A stretch of 64,000 bases of DNA, taken from Mobula hypostoma. Lineage: Eukaryota. Shown here in pieces: positions 53,001 to 63,877 of the stretch. Below the pieces are notes generated by a model. The model was not told the DNA's origin and did no database searches. It worked only from the letters and a program-made list of their open reading frames with translations. The stretch's first letter is position 1; the number at the start of each line of letters is the position of its first letter. The translations under genes were made by a program, and so were the position numbers. The stretch covers positions 49,540,001 to 49,604,000 of the forward strand of contig NC_086108.1 in assembly GCF_963921235.1 (NCBI RefSeq). Direction: 5' to 3'.

Positions 53001-56000
53001 TACAGTAATGGATGTACATCCACACCGTCCAGATAAGTGATGGTGGCATTGCACAGTATTGTGCAAGGTGTCCAAGATATCAGGGTGTGGTAAACAGAGA
53101 TAAACAGAAGTTAATAACAGTCTAACAGGAGAGGGTCATTACTTCCCCGGCTATAGGTTATAGCCTAATAGAGCCTAATGGCTGACTCCAACTCTTATGC
53201 ACAGACTCTAACTTGGTGATTTGAGCAATATGTTTCCTTGGATGTCCTGTGCTCCTGAAATCATGTTCAATTCTACGCAGGAGAATAAAGGTGAAGATTG
53301 GGAGTGGATCAGGTAAACAGGATATCTTGCAAAATAAAATGAGGCGTAAACATTGCTAACAGAAAATGTGAGGCTTGCACAGCCAGAGGCACAGCAGGTG
53401 TTCTTCAAATGAATGGAGAGAGCTATTACTATCACCACCATTAAATAAGCCTCTACCCACCTCCCCAGCCCTTCGATGCCTAATCTTTCCACCATACTGC
53501 TTAATATTTGCATTCTAAACACAAACTTTGATTATTATACAATCCTGAAGCTACATTTAGATTATATTCCTGGTTAATCCTCATTGCTGGCAGAGAACAA
53601 CGTGAAGTTAATTTGTATCTAAATCATTCAAATAAAAAGTTTAGTTTTGTGCAATGTTCTACCCATGCTCTTCAAATGCTTGCGTCGAATCTCTGTTAAA
53701 CTAGTTAAAAATAGAAGTTTTGAAATAAGGCATGCAGACCACTCAGGATGCTTTAAATCTATGTTACTAGTCCACAGATCAGATAAAAAGATGCCTCTGA
53801 TTTGCTTGCTGGGACTGCTATGCAAATACCTATTTCATCATTCCCAACTTCACCAGTGTGAGATATTTGTCTCTCTAATTGGTCTCTGACTTCGCCCAGT
53901 TATTATCCATTCACAGATAAGATAGGTAGATTTTGGATGATTCTCATTTCACAATGTGAGCTTTTAGATAAAACAAGTACTTGCAAATGGATTGTTGGAA
54001 TTTTTGGATGAATTATTTTCCCTCTCTGTTCTATCCATCAGATACTGAAACACAAGAATGTCATCAGAGATCTGGAAATTGTCATCTCAAAACTGATAAC
54101 AAATGGGAGGCCAGTGAATGACAAGGACCTTGAGGCAAGAATGAGAAAAGCATCAGAAGTCCTCCACAAAATGATGACCATGGCTAAAGAGATTGAAAGT
54201 AAATACCCATTTTGACTTTGATGCATCAAATTCCTCAAACTTTATTGATTGTATTGTATGTAACAGATTCATTTCTTCCTTTTGAACTGACTACCCTAAA
54301 GTATCTCATTCACTTGGCTGCACTTAATGGTTCATCAAATTAGTCAGCTATATAAACCATCTCAACCAACAAATCCTAGTCCCCATCTATTGTAGAGTCA
54401 TCAAGCCATACAGCATAGAACAGGGCCCTTCAGACCAGCAATATCCATGCTGATCTTTTTGCCCATCTGCACTAATCACATTTGCCTGCATTGTTCATAT
54501 CCTTCTGTGCCATGTAACATGTATGCTGGATTTCACCATCTCTTCTGTCAGCGAACTCCAGATATCAAGTTCTCTCTGTGTAAAGAGAGTTTTCTCTTCA
54601 TATCCACTTTTAAAACTCTTTCCTCTCACCTTAAGCCTATGCTCTTTAGATTTTAACAATCTTACCTCTATCAAGTCATCCCTCAACCTACCAACCTATC
54701 AAATCTATTCCCATAACTAATGTCCTCCAATCCAGGCAACACCCTGGTGCAGCTCCTCTGCACTCTCTCTTGCCTATCTCTATTATAGAGATAAAAATGA
54801 GCTCCTCCCTATGCTGGCTGAGTTTTTGATCTGTTTAATCGTTCTGTATTTTTTTTAAAAATGACTAGTCAGGTGAGATCAAGTAACTTGACATGGATTG
54901 AACTTGAAATTTTCCTTGTTGTTGTAGTGCAGTATCATACCACAATGGTGCATTAATAGAGTAGAGTTGCCATATGTAGAAGCATTCAAGAGACATAAAT
55001 TTAAGAAGGTAATGTATCTAGCCCTGGCAGTAAAGAGCCGATTCTTTCTACAGATGATGATGAAAGTAATCTCGATGAACTGAAAATCTTAAACAATAAG
55101 CTGGGCACCGAGACTTATCGCCTGAACAACATTGGGAAATCTGTTGATGAGATTAGAAGGTTGATTTTAAATTATGAAGATCGAGTCCAAAACACGGATC
55201 AGCTGCTAAGTAATGTCAGGACAAAAATCCGGCAAAGCCGGACGGAAATGGACCAAATGGTGAGTCCTCATGAGATTAAAAAGGCTAAAATTTTCATTAT
55301 TTTAAAATAACATCCTGTCTGTTACAAAATGGTCATTGTTGGTATCCAAGTTAGGAATGCAAACAAGGCAGCCCTGGTGTTTCAAAACCCTAAGATTCCC
55401 CAAATGTAGTACCCTGACAAATGGGAAATACACTTACTATTTCAGTCCCTAGGTACAACTGTCACTTCTACTGCTGTAACAAAATCCCATGAAATATTAT
55501 TAGTCATTTACCGTAACTCGGTCACTTGTTATTTTGCAATTCCCAGGTAGTACATATTCCCCCAGGTAGAACATAACCCTTTATAATGCCACAGCTTCAT
55601 GTTTCACCATTGTTTCTAGTAATGCTGCAGTATCTTGCAAAGACACTTAGAGTAGCCTTGCTGTGAAATAATCATTATTATAGCTACATGTAATAACACT
55701 GCCTACTGCTATGACAGAGTTCTTCACCAATTCGCTATTATGTCATCAGTGTGTAAGAATTTGAAGCAGAACTGGCAAAATGACACTTTAAGCATTCATT
55801 ACCTTTCAGTGAGAACACAGTCCATGCAATACCTCAAGTTTACTTTGCTGACTGTTTCTGCATTCTTTAATTCCCCCAATAGAAATAAAGTCACTTTCAG
55901 GCTTGAATATCTCAGTCAATATACTGAATGACTGAATATCCCTTTGAGATAGATAATTCCAAAACATTATCTTTTCTTGAAGGAAATTTCTTTTCTACAT

Positions 56001-59000
56001 GCTCTTAGATGGCTAATCACTAATCCTGAGGCCGTATCTCAGAATTCAGCAGCTGGAAGAGTCAGTATCTACCTCGTGGGTTCCCAAACTGGGGTCCATG
56101 GAGCCCTAGTTTAATGGTATTATCCATAGCATTAAAAAGGTTGGGAATCCCTGATCTACCTTCAGTGTCATAACTCCTTTTAATGACCAAGCCCTCATTA
56201 AAAATTATGTGATATAGTTGAACCAAAGGGCATCTGGGTGAAAATAATGTTGAACAATATAACTGCTCAAAGATTAAAGAAAGGCAGAGCTTCTCAGTAA
56301 CTCAGCTGACACAGATGATAGATCACATGTATTTGGACTCCGTCCCTGATCAGCTCACAGTTGCTGCAATTACTGCTGTTGAGCTACATTAACACTGAAG
56401 CATAAGATGAAAAATCTATCCTGTAATTGTGGCTACTGCTGAAAGGGATATTGATACCAATCCAGTCTTTTACTCAGACAACATTAGTTTCTCTCCCCTA
56501 ATGAATAGGCACTTGGAGAGCAAAACAGCATTTGACAGCATCGACGGGAAGCAGGATTCAAAGTTTTGAGGATGGATTGTGATTAATGCTGTAAATTCTA
56601 ATAATTGGGAAAATTAGATATTGTTGACAACTGTTACATTATTTCTTACAGCCATCTTTGCCAACAAATCCTAGTGGAGGCACTGTCCCAAGTGTTTTGG
56701 CAGATGAGGCTCGTAGACTGGCAGATAAGTATGTGGTCTATTTATAAGCATTCCATTGCCAAATTCATTTCATGCCTTCAAAGAGGAATACTAGGAAATT
56801 CGATTTTGTCGTCTTTTATTCAGGCATCAGAAAGATGCAGAGGACATTGAACAGTTCAGTGGAGCTGCCAACATGTCTGCTTTCGAAGCCCTTCAAATCA
56901 TTACTCAAGCAATCAAAGAAGATCAGCGAACCTCAGAGGCCATTAAACTACTAATTCAGCAGTAAGTTGAAGCAAACTTCCATCAATGATATCTGAACGC
57001 TTACTTTACACTTTGTACTTTCGCACACCTCTATCCCTCACTGTACTGACTACAACATACGATGGAAAATAACAATTCTTCTCTTTCAATTGATGTTTAG
57101 CTGAAGTGCTTAAAATGTTAAAATGGTGCTGCAAATCCCAAAAAGCAAAATGTACTCAGGTCTTGTCATGATACCTGTAACACATATAAAGCAACCAAGG
57201 AACTGTTATCTGGATAGGTTTAGAATTAAGTCATAACTGATACTCATGACCAAAACAGCAGGCGCTTGTTGGACTGCAAAATAATTTATTTTTTTAATAA
57301 AATTCCATCAGATATATAGAAATTGTATTAACTGTTGAAGGTAACTATAAGTATTCTTTATCTACAAAATAACTGAAGAGTATCGTAGAGGCGGTCACAA
57401 CCCCAGCAAGATCACTTGAAGATAGTTAAGTGCAGTTTTACACGATACCATGAATATGGGAATGAACATAATTACAATGTAAAGCAAGGAAAGGAAAGAA
57501 ATTATACGTAATAAATCAGTGGACCACTGTCTCATACAATGAATTAAGCAACGACAACTTGCGTTTTGAGAGTGGTATCTCGACTATGTGGGGGTATTTT
57601 AAACATGATGCTAAGAGATTTCATTCTGCTTAGATCAAAACAGAAGAGTGACATGGCAGCATATCTAGAAGAACAAGCAAACAGAATAACTACAAAAGCA
57701 CGGAGAGGCAGTGAGAGGGCCAAGAAGAACTATAATGAGCTGAACAATTTGCTTACAACTGATATATCATCCCTTGAGGTAGGTTATGTTTTTGAGTCTG
57801 TTGATCAAGGGAAGGGGAAAGGAAGAAAGATCCATACCACTGATGAATTTCATTGGTGAATGGAGATAATTCATGATGGAATCCATCAGTTTATCACAGG
57901 GTGGCTTTGGAAGCAGTGAAAACAGTAAACAAAAGGTGATGCATTTGATTTCAGACTTAATGGTAATTATTCATCAACTATCAATTACGGAGAAGCTATT
58001 CAAGCCTTTTTCCTTGCTTAAATGGGAAAAGAATTGCATTCTTGACCCTCTGTAATGGCTCCAAATGGGCCATTTAATCAATGCACCACCCTCATGTGAC
58101 CAACGAGGAGAGTACAGGTGAGATCCTTTGCTGCTGGTGTGTTAACTGATTTCATCTGGGATTCAGAATTGACTTTAGTGCCCCATTCCTCAGGAGGATT
58201 AGTATTAGCATTCAGATCACTTTGTAATTAATAGGTTTTGATGTTTGATTATAAACAGAGTACCAAGCCTGAAGCATTGAATTAGTGGATAACTCACTGA
58301 CTCATACTCATGATCTCATTTTAGGCAGGGAAAGGAAACTATTTTGTTAACAAAAAGATACTTTAGAAATGAATATCTCAAAGAACATAATATTTCTATT
58401 ATCATCAATTACTTTCTTGTATTGATTCAGGATGATGAATCTTCTAATAATTTAACCTCCTCCTGCACCTACATAGGGCACCTTCTGAATAAGAAAAGAT
58501 TGTGTTTCAGAGTTCAAAGATAATTTATTTCAAATTAACTGCAATAATAGGATCAAGAAGGTTCCTCCACTTTTCCCATCTCCGTTGTCTCAGAGAGAAA
58601 CCCAGATAGACCAGACAGACTATGAAAGTGGGAATAAGGAGCAAGTAGGGATACAATCGTAATGTACAACAAAGTCATCCCATGAATATAGCTGGATATT
58701 TGAGAACTTAGGGTGATGAAATCAAAATGAAAATAAAATCTTTACTTTTCCTCATCAGAATGAAGCAAATCAACTGAAAGACAAAGAAGCTGCCATGGAA
58801 TCTGAACTGAACAAAAAACTTGAACTGGTTGAAACTTTGAAAAATAGTGTCAGTGATTCCCAGAGAGAAATCGCGAGAATTTTAGAGAAAGGAGAAATAG
58901 ACAAAATGGTAAGTATCTAACAACTGTGAATATGGTGAAGTGGTTGTTGAGTTTTCTTGAAGATTTGCTTTGATCCATATTAATATAAGAATTATGTCAT

Positions 59001-62000
59001 TGTAAATTTTGGCATAACAACATAATTAATTTAGCCCATAGCATAATGTAAGTCTTCAGCCCTACAGCTATAATGTACAAAAGTAATGTTATGGCTCCAT
59101 TCATGGTTCCTTCACAAAATCAAACCATCTACAGTTTTAGATGAACGCTGTGGGTTTACTTGATTAGAACAACAGCTATATTCTTTGCACTAAATGTTGC
59201 TTGTATACTTCTTGCTTTCAGATGCTGATAGATATTATGAAATTCAAAGTTAATTTATTATACATCACCATGTACAACCCTGAACTTTATTTTAAAATTG
59301 CACCACTGCTTAAGACTTGGCAAATGGGAATTGATAAATAGGAAACTGAATGTGTTGGACTCCTTGGGTTTTTTTCTCTGGGATGTATTCTCCATAGGAA
59401 GAAGAGATTGAATAGCAGTTTAATGCACTACCTTTATTTGCTTCTGAAAATATAGTTTGAATATTCATCTCCAAATCTGTCATTGTTGTATTACATTGGG
59501 TGTTTATGCTCTAATGAATATGCATTTTGGGTATGGTCAGAATGTTATGATTTTTAATACTCAACATAATGCAAAACCTTTTGCACTGATGTTTAGGTCT
59601 GAAATCTGAGTGAGCGTCTTATAGATAGCGTTCTGTGATGTCAGCACATATTTGTAAAATATGTCTGGAGACTGGAAACTAGTTAAGAGAGAAAGTACGG
59701 ACACAGGAAATGAGAAGCAAAACAGAGAATACTCAAAATACCCAGCTTAAGAAAGGTCTTTGACATGAAATGTTAATTCCCGTTTCTCTCCACTGATGCT
59801 GCCTGACCTTCTGAGTATTTGCAGCATTTGTTTTTTGTTTTTATTTGACTTTTTACAGTTAAGGGTTTCATTTAGTTCCTGGGTCTGACTGTTTACCTCT
59901 CCATAGACAGCTGCAACACTGCAAGCCAGAGCGAAAGCCGCTAAGTATTTGGCTGAAGAGGCTGTCAGGAAAGGGTCATACACACTGGAGCAAGTTGATC
60001 GGATCATAAGCAACTTAAGAGGTATGCAACCAACCTTTGTGAATTCAAAAATAAATAGCAAACTATCAGTTTGCAGGCTCATTATCCTCAGCTGTATTTT
60101 TTAAAAATGAAATCTGATGTGTTTTGCTTTCTCATTTACACTGGGCCCTTGGCTCACCAGCATTTCATTGTTTTTTTTTATGTGTGCCTTCTTCTGTGAA
60201 GCACACACAAAGTATTTGTTTAATTCCTGTCTCTTTTCTTTAGTCCCCATCATGAAACTTGCTGTCTTTACCTCTGAGGTCTGCATTTGAAAGTATCTTT
60301 CTTTTTTACTTACTGATGGATGCTTTTACTGTCTCTTTTTGGTGCTTCTCAATCCTTTTTTTTTTGCCTTTTTTGATGTATTCTGAAACACTCTAATTTC
60401 TCATGCCTACTGCTTCTTTTCCCCTGGAAATTTTGTCTTTTCCTTAGATTTAATTTTTCTTGTCATCTGTAGTGAAGTGATTTTTCCTGAACTTTTCCTG
60501 AAGTGATTTTTGCCGAAAATGAAAGTATATTTGTTGTAAATCATGAAATTTTCTTTAAATGCTAACCATCATCTGTAGTTTCCCCAATCTACCACAGCCA
60601 ACCTGCCTCTTGTACCTTATTAATTTCCTTAGATTAGTTTGAGAACTCTGGCTTCTGATTGAGATACATCACTTAAAAGTTAACTTGACACAATCTTCCT
60701 CTTCCAAGGGATCCTTTACAACATTATTAATTAACCTATTTTTTTTGCAAAATATCAGATTTTAAATAGCCAGCTACTTGTTTCTTCAACATACAGCATG
60801 TCTAGAAATGCATCATTTCATGATTTCAGCCCTTACATTGTTAGCGCCAACTGCGTCTTTCTTGAGTGCCGTATGATTTGTGTTATGTGGACCTCTAATT
60901 TTCTCATTTATACCATGCCCTCAGTGTGACTATTTTCTCACCAGTGTCCTCTGCCTACTAATTATTAGTTCCATCTGAGTGATACCATTACTTACCCCTG
61001 GCTGGCGGAGTGAAGATCCTTCCTAAAAACTATACTGTTCTCATCGCTCATTAACAGCAGTAACCCAGCTCCTTTCCATTTTTTGCCTGTGCTTCCTAAA
61101 TGTCACATATCCTGGAATATTCAATTCATAGCTTTGGTCGTCCTGCAATCACTATTGGGTGAAGGCAATTATGTACACAATGCCAACGTGCAACTATTCA
61201 TACCACTAATTCATCCATATTCCTGCAAATGCAGTGTGGATTTAGGTATAGTATTTTTAACTTGACCTTTTAACATTTGCTTCTGTACATGTTAATGTGG
61301 CACTGATATTATTACTTTTACAGATCCTGCTTTTTCATCTCTTACCTAGGATCAGCTAGCAGGGCATCATCCCTTCTTCTACCCAGACCAAAAACAATTT
61401 CTGGTCCTTCACCCTCTCCCTACAGATCCCTTCAGAGACGTTCTTGATCCTGGGATCGGGAAGGCAACCAACCAACCGGTTCAAATGACTACAATCAGGA
61501 ATCAATGTTGCCCTCTCACGGTCCTTCCTCTCATAGTGTGAAGGTCAGCCACTCATGGTGGCACACTCCCACATACCTCCTGAGATCCATTATGCTCCCA
61601 AGCATCCAAAAAGGAAAATCTGTTAGTAAGTGCAGAGAAACTAAGGGTGCTTGGCAGTCTATGTCGGCAATGGTGTAAATGAGTTCTCTGTTTTGTGCAC
61701 CACAGGGATTTCCGTTATTGTTGCTGTTCCAAAACTTGCAGCTCGTGCTGCACACACCCTTTCACAATTTGCCACATTACACAAGATGCATGTCCCACCT
61801 CAGACCCAGATCTATTTATTTATTCATCACATGTACAGCGAAACATAGGGTGAAATTTGCAGTAACAACCCGCATACGCAAGGATGTGGCCCACAGGTTT
61901 CATCACACATCCTGGCACTAACATAGTCTGCTGACAATGCTTGGCAGAAAAAGCACAGAACACAACAAGTCCGGTGGCTAGTGATGTGCCTCAGGGATCT

Positions 62001-63877
62001 GTACCAATGTTGTTTGTCATATATATTAATGCTCTGGATGATGGGGTGGTAAATTGGATTAGTAAGTATGCAGATGATACTAAGATAGGTGGAGTTGTGG
62101 ATAATGAAGTAGGTTTTCAAAGCTTGCAGAGAGATTTAGGCCAGTTAGAAGAGTGGGCTGAAAGATGGCAGATGGAGTTTAATGCTGATAAATGTGAGGT
62201 GCTACACTTTGGTAGGACTAATCAAATTAGGACATACATGGTAAATGGTAGGGCATTGAAGAATGCAGTAGAACAGAAGAATCTAGGAATAATGGTGCAT
62301 AGTTCCCTGAAGATGGAATCTAATGGGGATAGGGTGCTGAAGAAAGCTTTTGGTTTGCTGACCTTTATAAATCAGAGCATTGAGTATAGGAGTTGGGATG
62401 TAATGTTGAAATTGTACAAGGCATTGGCGAGGCCAAATTTGGAGTATTGTGTACAGTTTTGGTCACCAAATTATCGGAAAGATGTCAACAAAATAGAGAG
62501 AGTACAGAGAAGGTTTACTAGAATGTTACCTGGGTTTCATCACCTAAGTTACAGAGAAAGGTTGAACAAGTTGGGCCTTTATTCTTTGGAAAGTAGAAGG
62601 TTGAGGGGGAACTTGATAGAGGTATTTAAGATTATGAGGGGGATAGTTAGAGTTGACGTGGATAGGCTTTTTTCCATTGAGAGTGGGGGAGATTCAAACA
62701 AGAGGACATGAGTTGAGAGTTAAAGGGCAAAAGTTTAGGTGTAACATGAGGGGGAACTTCTTTACTCAGAGAGTGGTGGCTGTGTGGAACGAGCTTCCAG
62801 CAGAAGAGGTAGAGGCAGGTTTGATATTGTCATTTAAAGTTAAATTGGACAGCTATATGGACAGGAAAGGAATGGAGGGTTATGGGCTGAGTGCAGGTCG
62901 GTGGGACTAGGTGTGAGTAAGAGTTCGGTATGGACTAGAAGGGCTGAGATGGCCTGTTTCCGTGCTGTAATTTTTATATGGTTATATGGTTATAACAAAG
63001 GAGAACATACCAAGCCACTAAACAACAAAAACAGCCAAACAAGTTCCTTTCCTACCTCGCACTAAACCACATACACGGACATTCCTCCAGTCCAGGGTTC
63101 CATGCCTCCAGTGCCCAGGCTTTGACCTCGCTGAGACACCCTACTATGCTGTGCCTTTTCCAATAAATTGTGCTATAGAAATGTGCTATCAAATATACAC
63201 CGTGCTTATCAATAATCTCACTTTTGCTGGAGTTTCTTTTCAATTGTAGTATCACACTTTCATTCCTACTTATCTTGCTCCCATCACCCCTGCTTTTTGA
63301 AGGCCTCTTACCAAAAGCCTAAACTTTGTTATCCAAGCAAGGCTATGTTCAAACCACTCTCTGCTTTGGAAGCTTCAGAAACAAAAGGGATTCTCTGAAT
63401 GCTGGAAATTTTGTGCAACACACACAAAATGCAAGGACTCAGCAATTCAGGTTGAGGGTCTCGGCCTCTGATGTTGATCCTCTATACGTACTGCCAGACT
63501 TACTGAATTCCTTGGCCTGTAATGTCGATCCTCTATACCTACTGCCAGGCTTACTGAATTCCTCCAGCATTTTGTGTGTGTTGGAAGCTTCAGTATTAAA
63601 CACCAAAATACCAGCAGCAGAGACAGCTGACTTCAATTGATAACATAAATTATACATGGTTTTCTTTGATATTACAGACTTCAACACACGTGTGGTCATC
63701 AATAAAACAGCTGCTGAAGATGCCTTGAATAAAATACCGAATATTAAAAGGACCATTGACAGGGCCAACACACTGACTGACCAGGCTGAGAATAAACTGG
63801 GGAATGCGTTAACAACGTCCAAAGATGCCATGGGAAAAACTGAAATGGCAGATGATACTGTCAATGATATGCAGGAG
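16969..63877 (+). CDS. LAMC2: Laminin subunit gamma-2-like gene, coding exons 1-20 (3' end outside window); signal peptide, LE modules, L4 domain, LE modules, coiled coil
   Basis: 20 exons joined by hand with GT-AG sites and matching phases give an uninterrupted 1020-codon frame. No LN domain between signal peptide and first LE; truncated LE containing CYTSD; only one LE between the nidogen-type module and the coiled coil. These are gamma-2 features. Confidence 0.9.
18229..19870 (+). mobile_element. CR1 3' region with nested insertions (about 18708-18838 and a Rex1-like piece at about 19065-19752)
   Basis: ORF 18419..18709 LQLYRVLVRSHLEYC; ORF 18806..19408 switches from CR1 (RRMRGDL.EIYKIMKG) to Rex1-like (FLRRLRRA...LTAFHQSIIES); (ttgaac)n tail at 19738-19751. 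Confidence 0.82.
21410..22160 (+). mobile_element. Highly decayed CR1 endonuclease-region fragment
   Basis: gtcatggaagattttaattta (VM.DFN), gaacctactcagaga...gaccac remnants. Confidence 0.55.
22505..22730 (+). mobile_element. V-domain SINE
   Basis: Core cgtgggtttcctgtgggtgctctggttttctcccacattgcaaagacgta. Confidence 0.75.
24505..24610. repeat. Minisatellite, 21-bp unit x5 (taggatat(a/t)tacaataaatgt)
   Basis: Direct head-to-tail copies with no spacers. Confidence 0.92.
24686..25211 (-). mobile_element. Non-autonomous Tc1/mariner derivative, 526 bp
   Basis: Perfect 27-bp TIR tgctcagtggccactttattaggtaca / tgtacctaataaagtggccactgagca, flanked by TA. Confidence 0.88.
25220..25830 (+). mobile_element. 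Decayed CR1 3' fragment
   Basis: cactataggaaggatgtg...ttccaccaggatactgcctg; tail gggcctatttctgtgctgtatga. Confidence 0.72.
27286..27428 (+). mobile_element. Short Penelope-like terminal insertion with a degenerate hammerhead motif
   Basis: 11-bp TSD aaccaacatgg (27275-27285, 27429-27439); ctgacaaagggtctcggcccgaaacgtc. Confidence 0.78.
28815..29500 (+). mobile_element. Penelope-like (Neptune-type) element 3' part: GIY-YIG C-terminus, pyrimidine-rich UTR, hammerhead-like tail
   Basis: LLVANHFN...HMSIHGLLYCHDEATLRLEEQHFIFCLDSLPPDGMNI, followed by ctgacaaagggtctcagcccgaaac. Confidence 0.82.
31856..32070. mobile_element. Fold-back Penelope-like terminal insertion
   Basis: 13-bp TSD gggatgaaaccac (31843-31855, 32071-32083); inverted arms of about 69 bp. 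Confidence 0.82.
33979..34164 (+). CDS. LAMC2: LAMC2 exon 2, LE module (CNCNRRARQCVWDPTLYHQTGSGTRCVNC...CQCNLLG)
   Basis: ttccacag acceptor, gtaagt donor, laminin-EGF Cys spacing. Confidence 0.93.
35918..36038 (+). CDS. LAMC2: LAMC2 exon 3, LE module (GSTGSSCDEYGRCRCK...GCR)
   Basis: ctctcag acceptor, gtaggt donor, phase 1 to 2. Confidence 0.93.
37340..37438 (+). CDS. LAMC2: LAMC2 exon 4 (RCTCNMAGVTRICDAETGECNCKYNVEGSNCNR)
   Basis: ggcag acceptor, gtaagt donor, LE Cys pattern, 99 nt phase 2-2. Confidence 0.92.
37470..39085 (+). mobile_element. Decayed Neptune-type Penelope-like element interrupted by a minus-strand SINE-like insertion (about 37905-38205)
   Basis: KVPLVLTYHPPSLQIQRIILYHFHHLQ in ORF 37443..37628; long CT-rich UTR; tail ccagcatctgcag. 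Confidence 0.72.
39607..39743 (+). CDS. LAMC2: LAMC2 exon 5 ([28 protein letters not shown]...TSTFDS)
   Basis: polypyrimidine-ccaaag acceptor, gtactg donor, CFCFGHS motif preceding L4. Confidence 0.92.
41200..41850 (-). repeat. GC-rich interspersed repeat, possibly RTE-associated non-autonomous element
   Basis: Abrupt GC rise in an AT-rich intron and resemblance to RTE-type UTR sequence recalled from memory; no protein motif seen. Confidence 0.35.
41975..42097 (+). CDS. LAMC2: LAMC2 exon 6, L4 domain (GTENWKAQHR...YPVYFVAP)
   Basis: acag acceptor, gtgaga donor, YFVAP motif of gamma-chain L4. Confidence 0.92.
43161..43350 (+). CDS. LAMC2: LAMC2 exon 7, L4 domain (AKFLGNQMLSYGQNLSFTF...TYNYR)
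   Basis: tctttag acceptor, gtagac donor, KFLGNQ..SYGQ.LSF motif. Confidence 0.93.
43755..43867 (+). CDS. LAMC2: LAMC2 exon 8, L4 domain (LHEALEYGWKPFITSFEFQRVLSNLRAIKIRGTYTQR)
   Basis: ctgtag acceptor, gtaagt donor, NL.AIKIRGTY motif. Confidence 0.93.
45831..46052 (+). CDS. LAMC2: LAMC2 exon 9, end of L4 and LE (GHIDNVVL...WVEKCTCPTGHEGRFCEKC...CDPETG)
   Basis: ttctag acceptor, gtgagt donor, conserved WVE.C.CP.G motif. Confidence 0.94.
46862..47032 (+). CDS. LAMC2: LAMC2 exon 10 (GSCYTSDQSRNQCPHGYY...CPDKTMG)
   Basis: ttctag acceptor, gtaagt donor, gamma-2-type shortened LE. Confidence 0.93.
48343..48650 (-). mobile_element. RTE-clade LINE 3' end with (TGA)n tail
   Basis: ORF 48361..48657 RISNEDVMNR...KRQRNFIGHV...EGKKAKGRQR; (cat)n at 48344-48362. 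Confidence 0.85.
49270..49503 (+). CDS. LAMC2: LAMC2 exon 11, LE modules including the III4-type module (CNNNVDPNSIGNC...CLYNTAG)
   Basis: tcctag acceptor, gtaaga donor; overlaps track ORF 49284..49520. Confidence 0.94.
49743..50647 (-). mobile_element. L1-clade LINE insertion with inverted 5' segment
   Basis: 16-bp TSD tgagacatccattctt (49727-49742, 50648-50663); + segment has the CCHC knuckle CDRCKTEIATLTHMFWSC; minus segment continues HVIAFVTLIARRAILLKWK to aataaa and an A-rich tail. Confidence 0.9.
50876..51062 (+). mobile_element. Short Penelope-like terminal insertion
   Basis: 8-bp flanking repeat tatcaaaa (50868-50875, 51063-51070); same family as 27286-27428. Confidence 0.78.
50924..50961 (+). 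ncRNA. Minimal type I hammerhead ribozyme motif (PLE-associated)
   Basis: tagtc-CTGACGA-agg(gtctcgg)cct-GAAA-c-GTC-gactg: stem I, catalytic core, stem II, palindromic ACGT stem III, GUC cleavage triplet. Confidence 0.68.
51538..51713 (+). CDS. LAMC2: LAMC2 exon 12, last LE and start of coiled coil (CNCDPRGSWSLQCRGDGTC...CPDCYLSVKNK)
   Basis: tttgcag acceptor, gtaggt donor, CP.CY..VK motif. Confidence 0.94.
54042..54198 (+). CDS. LAMC2: LAMC2 exon 13, coiled coil (ILKHKNVIRDLE...AKEIE)
   Basis: polypyrimidine-catcag acceptor, gtaaat donor, heptad-like, phase 0 to 1. Confidence 0.87.
54400..54785 (-). mobile_element. Decayed CR1 3' end
   Basis: ORF 54495..54686 RDDLIEV...HRLKVRGKSFK...FTQR..IWSSL. 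Confidence 0.75.
55054..55259 (+). CDS. LAMC2: LAMC2 exon 14, coiled coil (DDESNLDELK...TEMDQM)
   Basis: ttctacag acceptor, gtgagt donor, open frame phase 1 to 0. Confidence 0.87.
56075..56153 (+). mobile_element. 79-bp hAT-type MITE
   Basis: Perfect 8-bp TSD atctacct (56067-56074, 56154-56161); imperfect TIR gggttcccaa/ttgggaatccctg. Confidence 0.8.
56652..56728 (+). CDS. LAMC2: LAMC2 exon 15 (PSLPTNPSGGTVPSVLADEARRLADK)
   Basis: ttacag acceptor, gtatgt donor, LA.EAR.LA motif of gamma chains. Confidence 0.85.
56824..56961 (+). CDS. LAMC2: LAMC2 exon 16 (HQKDAEDIEQ...IKLLIQ)
   Basis: ttattcag acceptor after a 95-nt intron, gtaagt donor, phase 2-2. Confidence 0.87.
57634..57778 (+). CDS. 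LAMC2: LAMC2 exon 17 (SKQKSDMAAYLEEQA...DISSLE)
   Basis: gcttag acceptor, gtaggt donor, phase 2 to 0. Confidence 0.86.
58759..58908 (+). CDS. LAMC2: LAMC2 exon 18 (NEANQLKDKE...GEIDKM)
   Basis: ctcatcag acceptor, gtaagt donor, 150 nt phase 0-0. Confidence 0.88.
59907..60021 (+). CDS. LAMC2: LAMC2 exon 19 (TAATLQARAKAAKYLAEEAVRKG...NLR)
   Basis: ccatag acceptor, gtatgc donor, ARA.AAK.LAEEA..KG motif. Confidence 0.9.
60095..61300 (-). mobile_element. Highly decayed CR1 fragment
   Basis: ORF 60101..60286 MMGTKE...ELNKYFVC matches the CR1 segment at 50-110. Confidence 0.6.
61970..62995 (+). mobile_element. Comparatively young 5'-truncated CR1 (HER1-like) LINE
   Basis: 256-aa ORF with SDVPQGSV, KYADDTKIGG, WQMEFNADKC, one frameshift near 62675 and a (tatggtta)n tail. 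Confidence 0.93.
63378..63595. mobile_element. Fold-back PLE-type tail with an internal duplication of about 51 bp; another copy starts at about 63945
   Basis: tgctggaa...caacacacacaaaatgc versus ccagcattttgtgtgtgttg; duplicated gatcctctatac.tactgccag.cttactgaattcct. Confidence 0.6.
63678..63877 (+). CDS. LAMC2: LAMC2 exon 20 (DFNTRVVINKTAAEDALNKIP...MQE)
   Basis: ttacag acceptor, gtaatt donor, NKTAAE.AL.KIP motif of gamma chains. Confidence 0.92.

Noticed and set aside
16969..63877. Assignment as LAMC1 or LAMC3
   Set aside because: No LN-domain exons between the signal peptide and first LE, a shortened CYTSD module, and two fewer LE modules before the coiled coil all fit gamma-2.
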